Source: Pachysolen tannophilus NRRL Y-2460 (Eukaryota). From it: a stretch of DNA of 64,000 bases. Within the stretch, counting starts at the first letter, position 1. Every line of letters starts with the position of its first letter. Location of the stretch: assembly GCA_001661245.1 (NCBI GenBank), contig KV454012.1, positions 826,848-890,847 of the forward strand. Direction: 5' to 3'. The notes beneath the pieces were generated by a model. The model saw only the letters and a program-made list of their open reading frames with translations, had not been told where the DNA came from and did no database searches. Positions 1 to 12,192 of the stretch are shown piece by piece. A program made the position numbers and the translations under genes.

Positions 1-41
<41 letters not shown>

Positions 42-270
42 TAAGTTGCGATGCGCAGTTGCGTCCACAACTGCAATTCATCAGTGCACTGATACAGCGC
101 TCTCGATTTCCTTAAAGCGCGCACGAGCGTATAGCATTTGCTGTACGCTTTCAAAGATATTAGCGGTGCGCTTTTTAAGCGCAGTTATCAGCGCACTTGC
201 GAGTTAGATGTGTACCGCATTTTTTTTCCATTTCTCTAATTTTTCAATTTTCAATTTTTCATTTTCCATT

Positions 271-1746
271 TCAACCTAGCATCTCCAGATACAAGTATGG
301 AGTAAAGACCACTATAGCTGTATATAAAGTACCAATGGCTTCTACTATTGCTAATGGGAAACCGAGTATTCCTCTTTTGAGGAAGTTCAAGTATATGGCG
401 TAGAATGCAACACTGAAAAAATGTTGGAATAATACTAGAGGTTTTGGTATAGTACCACTTAATAAACCTATTGGACCTGCGACACAATTATTACCTAATT
501 GAAAATATGCAAAACAACCTCTTTGCAAGATTGATAAATATTTATTTTCTGCTGAGAATAATTGGAATAAGGCTATTGATAAGACATTTATAACTGAATC
601 TAAATTTTTCCTTTCATCATGAAACAGTAATAGTTGTTCAAGAACTGCAGAAGTATCTTCAAAATTATCAACTTGAGATAAAAGTTTTGAAACTAATACA
701 ACATCATTTAAACCAACAGTCATACCACCTCCTGTTAAAGGATGTCTCATATTTAATGCATCTCCTATTATTAGTAAACCAGGTATAACATTTTTTTCAG
801 CGGTAAGATATTGGTTTGGCATTATTTTATAATTTTCTTTATCAAGATTATCTATAGCAAATTTAAAAGAAGGTTTAACAGAATCTGGTAAATTTGGTAA
901 GATTTTCTTGTTTAAATATTCTATAACTGTTTTTTGAGATGGTAATTTATTTGACTTGTAAGCACATAAGATTCTTGTCTCTGAAGGTGAAATTTGATAA
1001 ACTAATATTGGATAATGATCACCTAATAATACATGACCATGATTCTTTGCCGGTAATACACAATCATGTAAACAAAGTGAAATAAAATAAGATTCAACAC
1101 TTGGAACTTTACTTGTTAATTCTTTTCTAAAATTTGAATAAATACCATCTGTAGATATCACTAATTTCCCCTGTTTAAAATCACCATTACTAAGTTTAAT
1201 ACCAATAACTTTACCATGCTCCTCACTACTTAAATCAGTATTTTTAACAATCTCTTTAACTGTAGCTTCTAACCATTCAACATTAGGTTCATTTTTAACA
1301 AATTGTCTTAAATTGGAAATAAATTTCCCATGCCTAAATGCAACACCTCTAACGCGTTCATCTTCTTCCCAACTACTAACTTTAATAGTAGAATCATCAT
1401 GAAGTTGTTGAACCAAAGAAACTGTTTCAACATTATCATCATAAGACCCAATAGCATCGTTTTTAAAAGGATATTTTAATTTAAGATTTTGATTGAAAAA
1501 CCCAATATAATAACCAAAAACTGGAATAGCTTCTATATCATTTATAACACTTAACATCCCTAAATTTTTTAACGCCATCAACCCACTAGGTTGCATTAAC
1601 TCACCAACAATTCTATTTGGCTCAGACCAGTCTCTTTCAACAATAAGTACTTTTTTACCTTGTCTAGCCAACTGAGTTGCAATGCAGGGTCCTACAACAC
1701 CTGCACCAATAACTATAACATCATAAGAAGGCGGATCTGAAGTCAT
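271..1746 (-). CDS. ERG1: squalene epoxidase (squalene monooxygenase)
   Basis: FAD motif VIVIGAGVVG, ERDWSEPNRIVGELMQP, GDALNMRHPLTGGGMTV and a hydrophobic C-terminus. First ATG is at 1746; the ORF track starts at an upstream GTG. Confidence 0.97.
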   Translation of the reverse strand: MTSDPPSYDVIVIGAGVVGPCIATQLARQGKKVLIVERDWSEPNRIVGELMQPSGLMALKNLGMLSVINDIEAIPVFGYYIGFFNQNLKLKYPFKNDAIGSYDDNVETVSLVQQLHDDSTIKVSSWEEDERVRGVAFRHGKFISNLRQFVKNEPNVEWLEATVKEIVKNTDLSSEEHGKVIGIKLSNGDFKQGKLVISTDGIYSNFRKELTSKVPSVESYFISLCLHDCVLPAKNHGHVLLGDHYPILVYQISPSETRILCAYKSNKLPSQKTVIEYLNKKILPNLPDSVKPSFKFAIDNLDKENYKIMPNQYLTAEKNVIPGLLIIGDALNMRHPLTGGGMTVGLNDVVLVSKLLSQVDNFEDTSAVLEQLLLFHDERKNLDSVINVLSIALFQLFSAENKYLSILQRGCFAYFQLGNNCVAGPIGLLSGTIPKPLVLFQHFFSVAFYAIYLNFLKRGILGFPLAIVEAIGTLYTAIVVFTPYLYLEMLG

Positions 1747-2343
1747 TACCACAAAAAAAATATATATCTATTACTCTAAAACTGAAATGAAAACAAAAAA
1801 AAAGCAAAAATAATCAAATACTCAACAACCCAATCTTCATATATATATATATATATATAAATGTATTAATCGTCGTATACAGTTTTTGTACAAATGGAAT
1901 GATTTTTCATGTTTTGAAATTTTTTTTTTTTTTTTTTTTTTTCACTTTTTTTTTTTTTTTTTGCATTTTTCAAGCCATGTGATACAACTCGGTTCAAACT
2001 GTTTATACGAAAACGACAACAACAACAACAATCACGACAATGACAATGTGAAGAACAAAACAAGACCTAGGATTTATTTATTTAGTCAAAGCAAAAGTTA
2101 AGTAAATGAACTATGTATGTAAAATGATTTAATAAATAAAGCAGGGAATAAATATTATATAGTAAAAAAAAAAAAAAAAAGGAAAAACCGAGTTAAATGA
2201 AAAAAAACATCAATGGGGAAAAAAAACCAAAGTAAAAAAGTGAATATTATATAAATAGATTGAGTAAATAAGGTGATATATATGTATGTGTATGGTTGTA
2301 AATGGAGCAAGCAGAAGTTTGAATGAATAAAGTTTCAGAGGTT

Positions 2344-5300
2344 TCAATCCCATTCAGAATCGCCTCTAGAACTTTTCAAACTCAAGACTTTCTCTTTTAA
2401 TCTCATCAAATCATCGTTGTCTTTTTGTAGAGAGGAAGCTCCGTTAAGTTTTTGACCATTTGACAGAGGCAGTAATGGATCCAAAGATGTTTGGAATGCA
2501 CACATATCTGCAATATTAGCAATATTAGTGCCACTGCCCAATTTTCCATTGGGAGTAGTAGCACCATTGGAAGTTGTACCATTCCATTTAAAAAACTCGT
2601 TAAAATAATTAAAGTCTTTATTTGCACTTGCATTGTTTTCCACGTTGGTGGTTGTTAAATTAGAAACTTCTAAATCCATAATGTCCATATCAACGTCATA
2701 AATATCCGACGCGGTATTTGCCGTTAATGATGAAACCTCGTGAGTATCACCTTTTCTTCTAATATTGTAGTTTGTTTTTTGATTGTGGTTGCCATCATTA
2801 TGAGTAAAAGTATCCAAGAAAGTATTAATATGATCAGTATCAACACTTCCACTAATACTACTACCATTTTTTGGATAATAACAATTGTCATAACCATTAA
2901 ATTGTGATTGTGAATTTCTATTCATGTTTGGATTTGGTTTATGATTCGCAAATAATGATCCAGTCCTATAACTAGCTGGTAAACTATTGGGGATTAAAGA
3001 ACTAGGTGGATTTGAATTACTCATTGAAGAATTTCCTCTTTTCATCAGCATTGATGTACTTGTTGCTGTGGTGCTAATCGATGAACTTCTTCTATTGATT
3101 GAGGATCCACGTGACATCATCATCGAGTTGTTATAAGTACTCGTACTGTTACTACTATTACTTGCACATGATGATGCTCTTGACATTCTATTTGCTTGAA
3201 TGCTGCTAAATAAACTATTACCACTGGTAGTTTCTGTGGTTTTGGAACAATTGGTTCCAACTGAAGAAGCTGAAGATGAAACAGCTGACACTGGTGTTGG
3301 AGTTACACATGAAACACTTCTTTGTCTCTTGCTACTTGGTTGGAAAGACAAATCAACCATATGTGGGCTGATGTTGTTTGATGATGGGCTACTCAATTCT
3401 GTAAAACAGTTAAGATCAGTATCATCAGTACTAGAACCTGCAGCCCCACTACTACTATGACTATCATCAAGACCCATACTTAATAAAAATCCATCTTGAT
3501 TGTTATTACAATAATTGGATCCACTACCAACTATAGAATTGCATGTAAAACTAGTATGAATGTCTTCTAATTCTTTCATAACATCAACAACATTGTTGCT
3601 TCTCCATTCTAATAACTTTCTTGTAGCAGATGTTAATCCTTTAATTAATGCATCCAAATTTCCAAAGCTGACTTCAAACATGACTACAATCTTGGATATA
3701 ATAGATTTAGTCTTGAGTACATCATCTGATGGTTGTTCTTTACCATTATTAGTACAGCTATTATTTTCATTACTATCATCCAACAGTAAATAATTCAAGC
3801 AAGCAAGTAGAAGATAAATCTTAAAATCATAAGGTAATAAACTTAATCTATCAACTATCAAAAATTTTTTATTTATAGACAATTTTTCAACGCTAATTTC
3901 TGTTTGATCTTTATTGAATTTATTTTCATCTTCTTCTAACGGAGTTTGTGGTAAAGGATTTTTACGTTTTCTTCCTCTTGTTGCTCTTTTCTTGAATTCA
4001 TGTTTTGTCATTCTTGTTAATGTATCGATTCCTAATTGGATGTATTCCATAGATAACTGTGACAACACTTGTAATTTTGAATTGTTCTTAATGTTATTAA
4101 CTGTGTTATCCTTCTTAGTAACAAATTCTGGTTTAATGCAATTTTTAGTAAACTTGAAATAAATTGACATTCTGTACATAAGGTAACATGCATTAAGCTG
4201 GTTTATCAAGATACCATTATTTTCTTTAATTTTTTTATCGTCATCATCTTTTAATAATTTTTCTACTAATGAGTCAAATTTTTGTTTCCAAGAAGCTAAT
4301 CTTTCATCAATAGTTTGTAAAAAAATTGGGAATGATTCTTCCGTATTATTATACCATTGATCAATTAAATCGTTAAAATCTGAAGGAATAATTTTGAGTA
4401 ATTTAATATATTCCAAAGTAAAAACTAATTCTTCTTGTAAGACTTTAACTGTTTCTAAAGAAGAAGGTTCTAACCAAGAGTTTTCAAGTGACAAGTTATC
4501 AGTAATATCAAATGTCAATGACAATGTTGAAAATCTATAATTGCAATTTATCTTGATTAAATGATACAAGATTTTAAAAGACCAATAAAGTTTTAATCTT
4601 ACAAATGTATCTTGTAATTCCATTTTCACCTTATTGTTGTTGCCATTTTGTTCTAATTCTAATGACAGAGATACAGAAGGTGATTCAAGTTTTTGTTTTG
4701 AATTTTCATCTTCTTGATCTTCTTCCCTCTTAACAGTATTTAATGCACCTATATCTTGTGTTGCTAATGTTTCTGAAGTTTTCAAATCTATAACTTCTGT
4801 TGCTTCTTTTGGATTATTTTCAATTTCCCCTATAGATCCAGTAGTCATTGTTTCAGTATTATCAGATGCATATTCCAAGTAATCAGAATTAATATTTAAA
4901 CCTAAACAATTAATATAGCTTAATGACATTGAAACCAATTGGAAAATCCATTCATCTAATGATTCAGTAGTTTCAATATAATTAACTTTATAATTGGATC
5001 TAGGTAATTCAAAAGTGTACAAATAGTGTAATAATAATAATAAATATTCTAATTTAGCAACACTTGGTTTTGTAAAATCAATTGTTGCAGAAATTTTTTT
5101 AAAAAATTGAATTCCAAGAAATTTATAATCTCTATTATTAATATTATCATTATGATTATCTTCTTCTTTTGCTAATGAAGAATCATACACAGATGTACAA
5201 TTAAAGGAAAATTTCATCATTATCAAAGTTTTTGCAATAAATAATTTTGCAACAGTATCAAAATCATCAAAATAAGTTTGAGTTTCTATATCATACTTGT

Positions 5301-6448
5301 TGAAAAAATTCAAGTAATCATTATAATAATTTTTAAAATCCAAGATTGGTATAAATTTGTTAAAGTTGTTAAAAAATTTAGCAATCAAACTATCCATACC
5401 ATTTAAAACAGTTACATTAAAACCAGAGACTTTATTATTGTTATTATTGTCGGATGAAATGGCAATTGTATCATCATCGTTTCTTTTTTTCAATAAAGGT
5501 TTAATATAATTGAACAATAAGAGATTATAATCAACATTTAAATCGCAATCATCTTGAGAAAATTTTAAAGTTTCTACTTGTTTTTTCTTTTGATATTGTT
5601 GATTATTTTCATATTGATGTTGATATAAATTAACATCAACAAATTTCAATATATCGTAAAGTGGAGATTTTCTTTCTTGACCAATAACCAATGAACCTGT
5701 TTTCGGAGAGATCTTGAACACTTGTCTTGGAATTGGAGTGGTAGGTTTGAAATTATTATTGTCATTGTTGTTGTTGGTGGTAGCACAAGAATGTATGTTT
5801 GTATCGAGAGCTGTACCGTGAGTACCATCAATACACTGAGTACACTTGTTAGATTGAACGCACAGTGAATTTAATTTATCCTGTTTATCCAGTGAATGCA
5901 GTGAATCCAATGTATCAAGTAATTTTTTTGGGGCGCTTATACTATCATTACCAAATTTGTCCAATTTAGCCGCCGTTGAAACATTTGCTGTTTTCTGCAA
6001 ATTCTCCAACTCTAATCTTATCCTATTATTTTCTAATTCCAATTCTACAACTTGTTTTTCTAAAGTTTTTGTATAATTTCTCGGAAATGATGCTCTAGAA
6101 AGTTTATTTGTTGTTTTACAGAAAAAACCAACTTTTTTACAATTTGAACAACCTCCGGGCATACCATCACATTTTATTTTTTTAATACAACAACGATCAC
6201 ATGCTTGTGAAATTCTTGGTTTTCCAGTAGAAGTTTTAATTATATCCCTGAATTCAAATAAACAATTTTTTTTTTTTTTTTGCCAGAGTGTTAGTAACTA
6301 ATATCATTAAATAAATTTATTCATATATGTACACATCATCCAATTTTTTTTTTTTTTTGTTTAAAAAAAAAAAAAACATACCATGTCTTTGTTTCATCAT
6401 TTTGATTCAGGTGTAATTTCCCATTATTTTTTTTGTATTGTAAACCAT
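2344..6448 (-). CDS. Zn(II)2Cys6 transcription factor, Sip4/Cat8 family, two exons (exon 1 uncertain)
   Basis: The frame extends 5' of the 6162 ATG to give RISQACDRCCIKKIKCDGMPGGCSNCKKVGFFCKTTNKLSRASFPRNYT, a Sip4/Cat8-type cluster plus linker. Exon 2 starts at 6247. Exon 1 (6448-6382) is 1 nt short of frame. Confidence 0.8.
6248..6381 (-). other. spliceosomal intron of the Zn2Cys6 gene
   Basis: GTATGT donor (6381-6376), TACTAAC branch point (6296-6290), CAG acceptor (6250-6248). Confidence 0.85.
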
Positions 6449-6585
6449 AATATATATTTTTAAATTACTCAATCAACCAACAATAAACACTTTATAAAAA
6501 GGATCTGGTCAAACCCAGAGATAAACAATTAAATAAATATAAAAATATATATATATGCAATAGGTTTTTAATTAAAAAAAAAAAA

Positions 6586-7434
6586 AAATCCTGGGGAAAT
6601 CCTTTATATATACTTGTTCTTTTTTTTCTTTGTTCCTTTTTACCAAAAATCTGGGGTAATGCGCCGTAATGCGCCCGGCGAGAAGGAATTTTTTAAAAAG
6701 TCATCTCAATTACGTAATGGTGATTTCAACAAATTAAGAGGAAAAAAACCCAAAAGGTAGTGTAAAGATACCACAACAACAAGATTAAAAGTGGTTTTTT
6801 TAGATGGTTTTTTTTTTAGGTGTATGGTGTAGGGTGTACTACCGGTAAGAATCTATTTTACAGTTTTGGGGTGCATCACGATATTCGCGAAACATATATA
6901 TGCACGGAGTGGGGTGGGGCGGTTTTTATATTTATTTTTTTAAATTTTTTTTTTTAATTATGGGGCGGGTGCCTGCATCGCTCTTGTTCAAAATGTCATT
7001 TCTTATTCTTAATTGTTTGTTGTTTTTTTTGAGTCGGGAACACACTACATCGATGAATGACCACTTTAATAGTTATGGACTAAGTGGTTCCATTACTGAC
7101 AAAGTGCTGCTGAGTTTGAATTTGAGTTTGAGCTGAGTTTGAGCTAAAAATTTACGTGCGCGCGTACGCACAATAAACGTTACTTTTTTAATAGTATTAA
7201 ATAGTAATAATAATACTACAAACAAAGTATTATTATTATTATTATTTAGTACTACTCGTTTACAGTATTAAATATTTAAATATATTAGTTTATTTTTTTT
7301 TTTTTTTTTCTCGGTATTATTTATTTTTAAGTCATACAATTGATTTAACTGTATCAGCTGATTGTACAACAAATTAAAAGTAAATTGATTGATTGATTGA
7401 TTTTTTTTTTTTTTTTTTTTTATAAAAACTGGGG
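6586..7434. promoter_or_regulatory. divergent promoter with Mig1/CreA sites
   Basis: AT-box+SYGGGG matches: AAATCCTGGGG 6586-6596, AAAATCTGGGG 6646-6656, AAAAACTGGGG 7424-7434, between a Sip4/Cat8-type gene and GLK1. Confidence 0.6.
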
Positions 7435-7568
7435 TGAATTTTATTTTTTCATTTTATTATTATTATTATTTTTATTTTTATTTTTGTCTGCTGTTCTGTT
7501 TAGATAAATTAATTATATAAAACTTGTTTTGTTTGTGTGTTTGTGAGAAAAAAATATTGGTTTTTAAA

Positions 7569-9014
7569 ATGTCGGTAAATGCAAAATTACAATCAAGAGT
7601 TGATGGTATTATTAATGAACTTACCGTTTCTCAAGAAATTTTGAATAAAGGTGTTGATTTTTTCATTAAAAGTGCTGAAAAAGGTCTTGATAATAAAGAT
7701 AATGATCCATATGGTCTTCCAATGATTCCAACATATGTTACTTCAATTCCTACTGGTAAAGAACGTGGTGTATTATTGGCAGCAGATTTAGGTGGAACTA
7801 ATTTTAGAGTTTGTTCAGTTTCTTTAAATGGTGATCATACATTTATTATTAAACAAGAAAAAAATCCAATTCCTGTTGATTTAATGAGTGCAAATTCACT
7901 GGATGAATTATTTGAATATTTAGCTAAAAAAATTGGACAATTTGTAAATACTCATCATGGTGATCAACTGTCAGAAAGTAAAAGTGATGATAATAAATTA
8001 AAATTAGGTTTTACATTTAGTTTCCCAGTAGATCAAACAAGTTTAGATTCTGGTACTTTAATTAGATGGACAAAAGGTTTTAATATTGAAGATTGTGTTG
8101 GTAAAGATATTGTTCAATTGCTTCAAAGTCATTTGGATCTTTTAAAAATTCCAGTTTCAGTTCTGGCTCTTGCAAATGATACTGTTGGTACTTTACTTTC
8201 TCGTGCATATTCTGCAGGTGCAGTTGCTGGTGATAAACAAGGTGATACACTTGTTGGTGCAATCTTTGGTACTGGTACTAATGGTGCATACCCTGAATTA
8301 ATAGATAATATTAAAAAATTACCTAAAAATTATGTTGATGAATTAAAATCAAAGGGTAAAACTCATATGGTTATTAATACAGAATGGGGTTCATTTGATA
8401 ATCATTTAGAAGTTCTTCCAACAACAAAATATGATGTTGAAATTGATAAAATTAGTGCAAACCCAGGTTATCATATGTTTGAAAAAAGAGTTAGTGGTAT
8501 GTTTTTAGGTGAAATTTTAAGACATATCTTGGTAGATTTATATCGTGAAGGATTAATTTTACAACAATATAGATCATATGAAAATCTTCCACATAGATTA
8601 AGAACACCATGGGAATTATCTTCAGAAATATTATCCTATATTGAAATTGATGATTCAACTCTGTTAAAACTGTCTGAATTGGCATTGTTAAACGCATTAA
8701 GATTACCAACAACTCATGAAGAACGTATTATCATCCAACAATTGACAATTGCAATTGCCAAAAGAGCAGCTTACTTGGGTGCTATTCCATTTGCTGGCTT
8801 ATTATTGAAAACAAAAGCATTGGAAGGTCATAACAAAGAAGTCGATATTGGTGTTGATGGTTCATTGGTTGAATTTTACCCAGGTTTTAGAGCAATGCTT
8901 AGAGATGCTTTATCAATGACAAAAGTTGGTAACCAAGGTGAACGTAGAGTTCACATCAATATTGCTAAAGATGGTAGTGGTGTTGGTGCTGCTCTTTGTA
9001 CCTTGAGTGATTGA
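7569..9014 (+). CDS. GLK1: glucokinase (hexokinase family)
   Basis: LLAADLGGTNFRVCSV, LGFTFSFPV, NDTVGT, INTEWGSFD, IEIDDST...LRLPTT and AKDGSGVGAAL, all Glk1-type signatures. ATG at 7569. Confidence 0.93.
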   Translation: MSVNAKLQSRVDGIINELTVSQEILNKGVDFFIKSAEKGLDNKDNDPYGLPMIPTYVTSIPTGKERGVLLAADLGGTNFRVCSVSLNGDHTFIIKQEKNPIPVDLMSANSLDELFEYLAKKIGQFVNTHHGDQLSESKSDDNKLKLGFTFSFPVDQTSLDSGTLIRWTKGFNIEDCVGKDIVQLLQSHLDLLKIPVSVLALANDTVGTLLSRAYSAGAVAGDKQGDTLVGAIFGTGTNGAYPELIDNIKKLPKNYVDELKSKGKTHMVINTEWGSFDNHLEVLPTTKYDVEIDKISANPGYHMFEKRVSGMFLGEILRHILVDLYREGLILQQYRSYENLPHRLRTPWELSSEILSYIEIDDSTLLKLSELALLNALRLPTTHEERIIIQQLTIAIAKRAAYLGAIPFAGLLLKTKALEGHNKEVDIGVDGSLVEFYPGFRAMLRDALSMTKVGNQGERRVHINIAKDGSGVGAALCTLSD

Positions 9015-9511
9015 TCGAGAATTTTTTTCATTCTTTATACTCGTTTATGTTTTATTTTTGTTTTACTACATATGACTTTTTTTATTTTATTTTCTTTTTT
9101 TTTTTTTTTTTTAATACTTACTTTATTATACTTAAAAAAGAAAACCAACTTTCCTTCTTTAGTCTCATGATTAATTATGCTTTTATAGTTGGTTGTTGTT
9201 TCTTTTTTTTATTTTAATTAATTAAATGGTTTAAACCATAAGTTCCAGAAACTTTTTTGGTGAGAAATTTCATGTAAGCGAAAAATAGAAGAAAGGACAA
9301 AAATAAAATAAAAAAATAAAAAATAAAAAATTAAAAAATAAATAATACCATTATTTTGCAACCAACCATTCTTTTTATCAATATAAAAGATATATTGAAT
9401 CATATTTTAAACCACTTTTCTATCTAATCCAATCATCTTTCAATTACTCTATATTCACATACATATATATTTATTTATATCTAAAAGCTGAAGTTGTTTG
9501 TTTTTGTTTTT

Positions 9512-9543
<32 letters not shown>

Positions 9544-9577
9544 TTTGATTAAATTCATTTCAAAATAGCTCAATTGG

Positions 9578-12067
9578 ATGAGTTATAATTTTGACGAGAA
9601 ATCTTACCGTCCTCAGCCACTAGGCAGATTTTCATCACCGCTGGCTTCATTGTGGAGAGCAAAACCATCATCAGCAACATTACCTTTATATAAGGATAAG
9701 CCACTGGATTCAAGTACTTCACTTTCAATTAGTAGCGCTGCCTCGGCTGTTACTTCTGTATTAACTTCATCAAATCCTTCAATAAGCACATCAAGAAATA
9801 AAAATTCATCAGATTATATTACAACAATAAATAGGAAATATAAAAGAAGAAAAATGTTATTTAAAGCTTCTTTTATCTTACTTACGGTATATTTCATATA
9901 TCAAATTTTTTTCTCTTCAAATGATGGTATTACTACAAGTGGTGGTGGGTATGGTACTACAAGTAAGAAAACTTGGCTTGCACGTAGAAATGAAGTTAAA
10001 AAAGTTTTCCTTGAAAGTTGGCATGATTATGAACTGTACGGTTGGGGATATGATATATATCATCCAATAAGACAGTATGGTGAAAATATGGGTCCAAAAC
10101 CATTGGGTTGGATAATTGTTGATTCCTTAGATACTTTAATGATTATGGATTGTCCTGAAGAACTTAATAGAGCCAAAAATTGGGTAGTAAATGAATTGGA
10201 TTATGATTTTAATTATGAAGTAAATGTTTTTGAAACAACAATCAGAATGTTAGGAGGACTTCTTGCTGCTTATCATTTAAGTGATGATGATGCATATTTG
10301 GATAAAGCAGTTGATTTGGGAAATAGATTATTAAGAGGTTTTGACTCACCTTCAGGAATTCCTTATTCCTCAGTAAATTTGGCAACTGGGAAAGGCATTA
10401 AAAATCATGCGGATGGTGGTGCTTCATCAACAGCAGAAGTTTCAACTTTACAATTGGAATTTAAATATTTGGCCAAATTAACTGGTGAAAAATTATATTG
10501 GCAAAAAGCAGAACAAATTATGCAAAAATTGGACGAAAATCATCCAGTAGACGGATTAGTACCAATTTTTGTCAATCCAACAACTGGTAAATATCAAGGT
10601 ACAATGATAAGATTAGGATCAAGAGGTGATTCTTATTATGAATATTTACTTAAACAATATTTGCAAACTAATGAACCAATATATAAAGAAATGTATCAAG
10701 AATCTGTTCAAGGAATTAAAAAACATCTTGTTGGGAAATCAAAACCAAATGGTCTTACTTTTATAGGAGAATTACATGAAGGAGTGAAACCAAATTCTCC
10801 ATTGGATCCAAAGATGGACCATTTAGTTTGTTTCTTGGGAGGTTTATTAGCAATGGGGGCTACTGATGGTGAGGAACTCTCTGTAGCAAAGAAAATTCAT
10901 GTTCCAGGTTGGTCATCTTTACAAGAATCAGATCTCATCTTGGGTAAAGAATTGACTGAAACTTGTTATAGAATGTACCATGAAGTTGAACCAAGTGGTC
11001 TTTCACCAGAAATTGTGGTGTTTAATACTAATGCAGGTGCCAAGAAAGATTTTTATATTAAACCTTTGGACAAACACAATTTGCAAAGACCTGAAACTGT
11101 AGAGAGCCTTTACTACTTATATAAGATCACCAAGGATCCAATGTACAGAGAGTGGGGTTACGAGATATTCCGTAACTTTGTTAAACATACAAAAGTTACT
11201 CAAGGTGGTAAGGAAGACAATCCTCGTTATGCTTCTTTGCGTGATATTACTTTGCACCCAACTGTGAAAAAGGATAATATGGAAAGTTTTTGGCTTGCTG
11301 AGACTTTGAAATATTTATATTTACTTTTTGACGATGATGAAAACCCAAAATACTCTGATTTGTCCAAGATAGTTATAAACACTGAAGCACATATATTTCC
11401 GAGATTTGAAATGGATCCATTGTTTAAAACTGGTTGGACTAGGGGCAGTAAATCTTCTGCAGCTGCAGATGTCGTTGGTGCCGGTAAGGCTCAAGCTGGC
11501 GTGGGGGCTGATTCTCCTCCTCTTGCCGGAGGTGCAGGTGGTGCAGACATTCTCAACCAAAAGAAAGAAGACGTAATTCAAAAAATCATAGGTGAAGAAA
11601 AATCCATTCCGAACAAAAAAATTACTGCAGACAAGACATTCAATGAAGATGAAAGTGTTGTGGATAAGAAAATTGTCAAAAATATCCATAATGGCGCGGC
11701 AGTAAAAGAAGAAAAGGAAAGAGTATTGGAGAAAAATGATATCGATGGCCTGGCCCTGAAAGTAGATCCTCAAGTAATTAAAAATCTCAATATGGCAGAT
11801 AGGAAACTCAGTTCTCCTGTTGATAAAAAACTTGGTGACGAATCCAATTTGGTAGGATCAAATAGTATACCGGACACTGATAATGTTCTTAAGGTAAAAG
11901 ATGAAGTCGTTGCCAAAATCCCAGGTGATGATAAAGCTGTTCCTAAAATTTTCCCAAAAATAATACCAGAAGGTAGTAATGTTAATGCTAAAAGACAAGA
12001 CGTTGCTAAAATAAATAATGGAGGTGCTAAGGATTCGATCAACTATAATGACAAATTAGTTGTTTAA
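9578..12067 (+). CDS. MNS1: ER alpha-1,2-mannosidase (GH47), type II membrane protein
   Basis: N-terminal TM after a basic stretch; NVFETTIRMLGGLL, LGSRGDSYYEYLLK, QRPETVES, MESFWLAETLKY, NTEAH. Confidence 0.95.
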   Translation: MSYNFDEKSYRPQPLGRFSSPLASLWRAKPSSATLPLYKDKPLDSSTSLSISSAASAVTSVLTSSNPSISTSRNKNSSDYITTINRKYKRRKMLFKASFILLTVYFIYQIFFSSNDGITTSGGGYGTTSKKTWLARRNEVKKVFLESWHDYELYGWGYDIYHPIRQYGENMGPKPLGWIIVDSLDTLMIMDCPEELNRAKNWVVNELDYDFNYEVNVFETTIRMLGGLLAAYHLSDDDAYLDKAVDLGNRLLRGFDSPSGIPYSSVNLATGKGIKNHADGGASSTAEVSTLQLEFKYLAKLTGEKLYWQKAEQIMQKLDENHPVDGLVPIFVNPTTGKYQGTMIRLGSRGDSYYEYLLKQYLQTNEPIYKEMYQESVQGIKKHLVGKSKPNGLTFIGELHEGVKPNSPLDPKMDHLVCFLGGLLAMGATDGEELSVAKKIHVPGWSSLQESDLILGKELTETCYRMYHEVEPSGLSPEIVVFNTNAGAKKDFYIKPLDKHNLQRPETVESLYYLYKITKDPMYREWGYEIFRNFVKHTKVTQGGKEDNPRYASLRDITLHPTVKKDNMESFWLAETLKYLYLLFDDDENPKYSDLSKIVINTEAHIFPRFEMDPLFKTGWTRGSKSSAAADVVGAGKAQAGVGADSPPLAGGAGGADILNQKKEDVIQKIIGEEKSIPNKKITADKTFNEDESVVDKKIVKNIHNGAAVKEEKERVLEKNDIDGLALKVDPQVIKNLNMADRKLSSPVDKKLGDESNLVGSNSIPDTDNVLKVKDEVVAKIPGDDKAVPKIFPKIIPEGSNVNAKRQDVAKINNGGAKDSINYNDKLVV

Positions 12068-12192
12068 ATAAAAGGTTTATAAAAGAAGTCTATATATTAT
12101 TTATATATATATATATATATATCAAATTAATAATTCCTGCTCCAACTATGATGCTAGTAGTCCTAACAATTTTTATATAATACTGATCAGAT

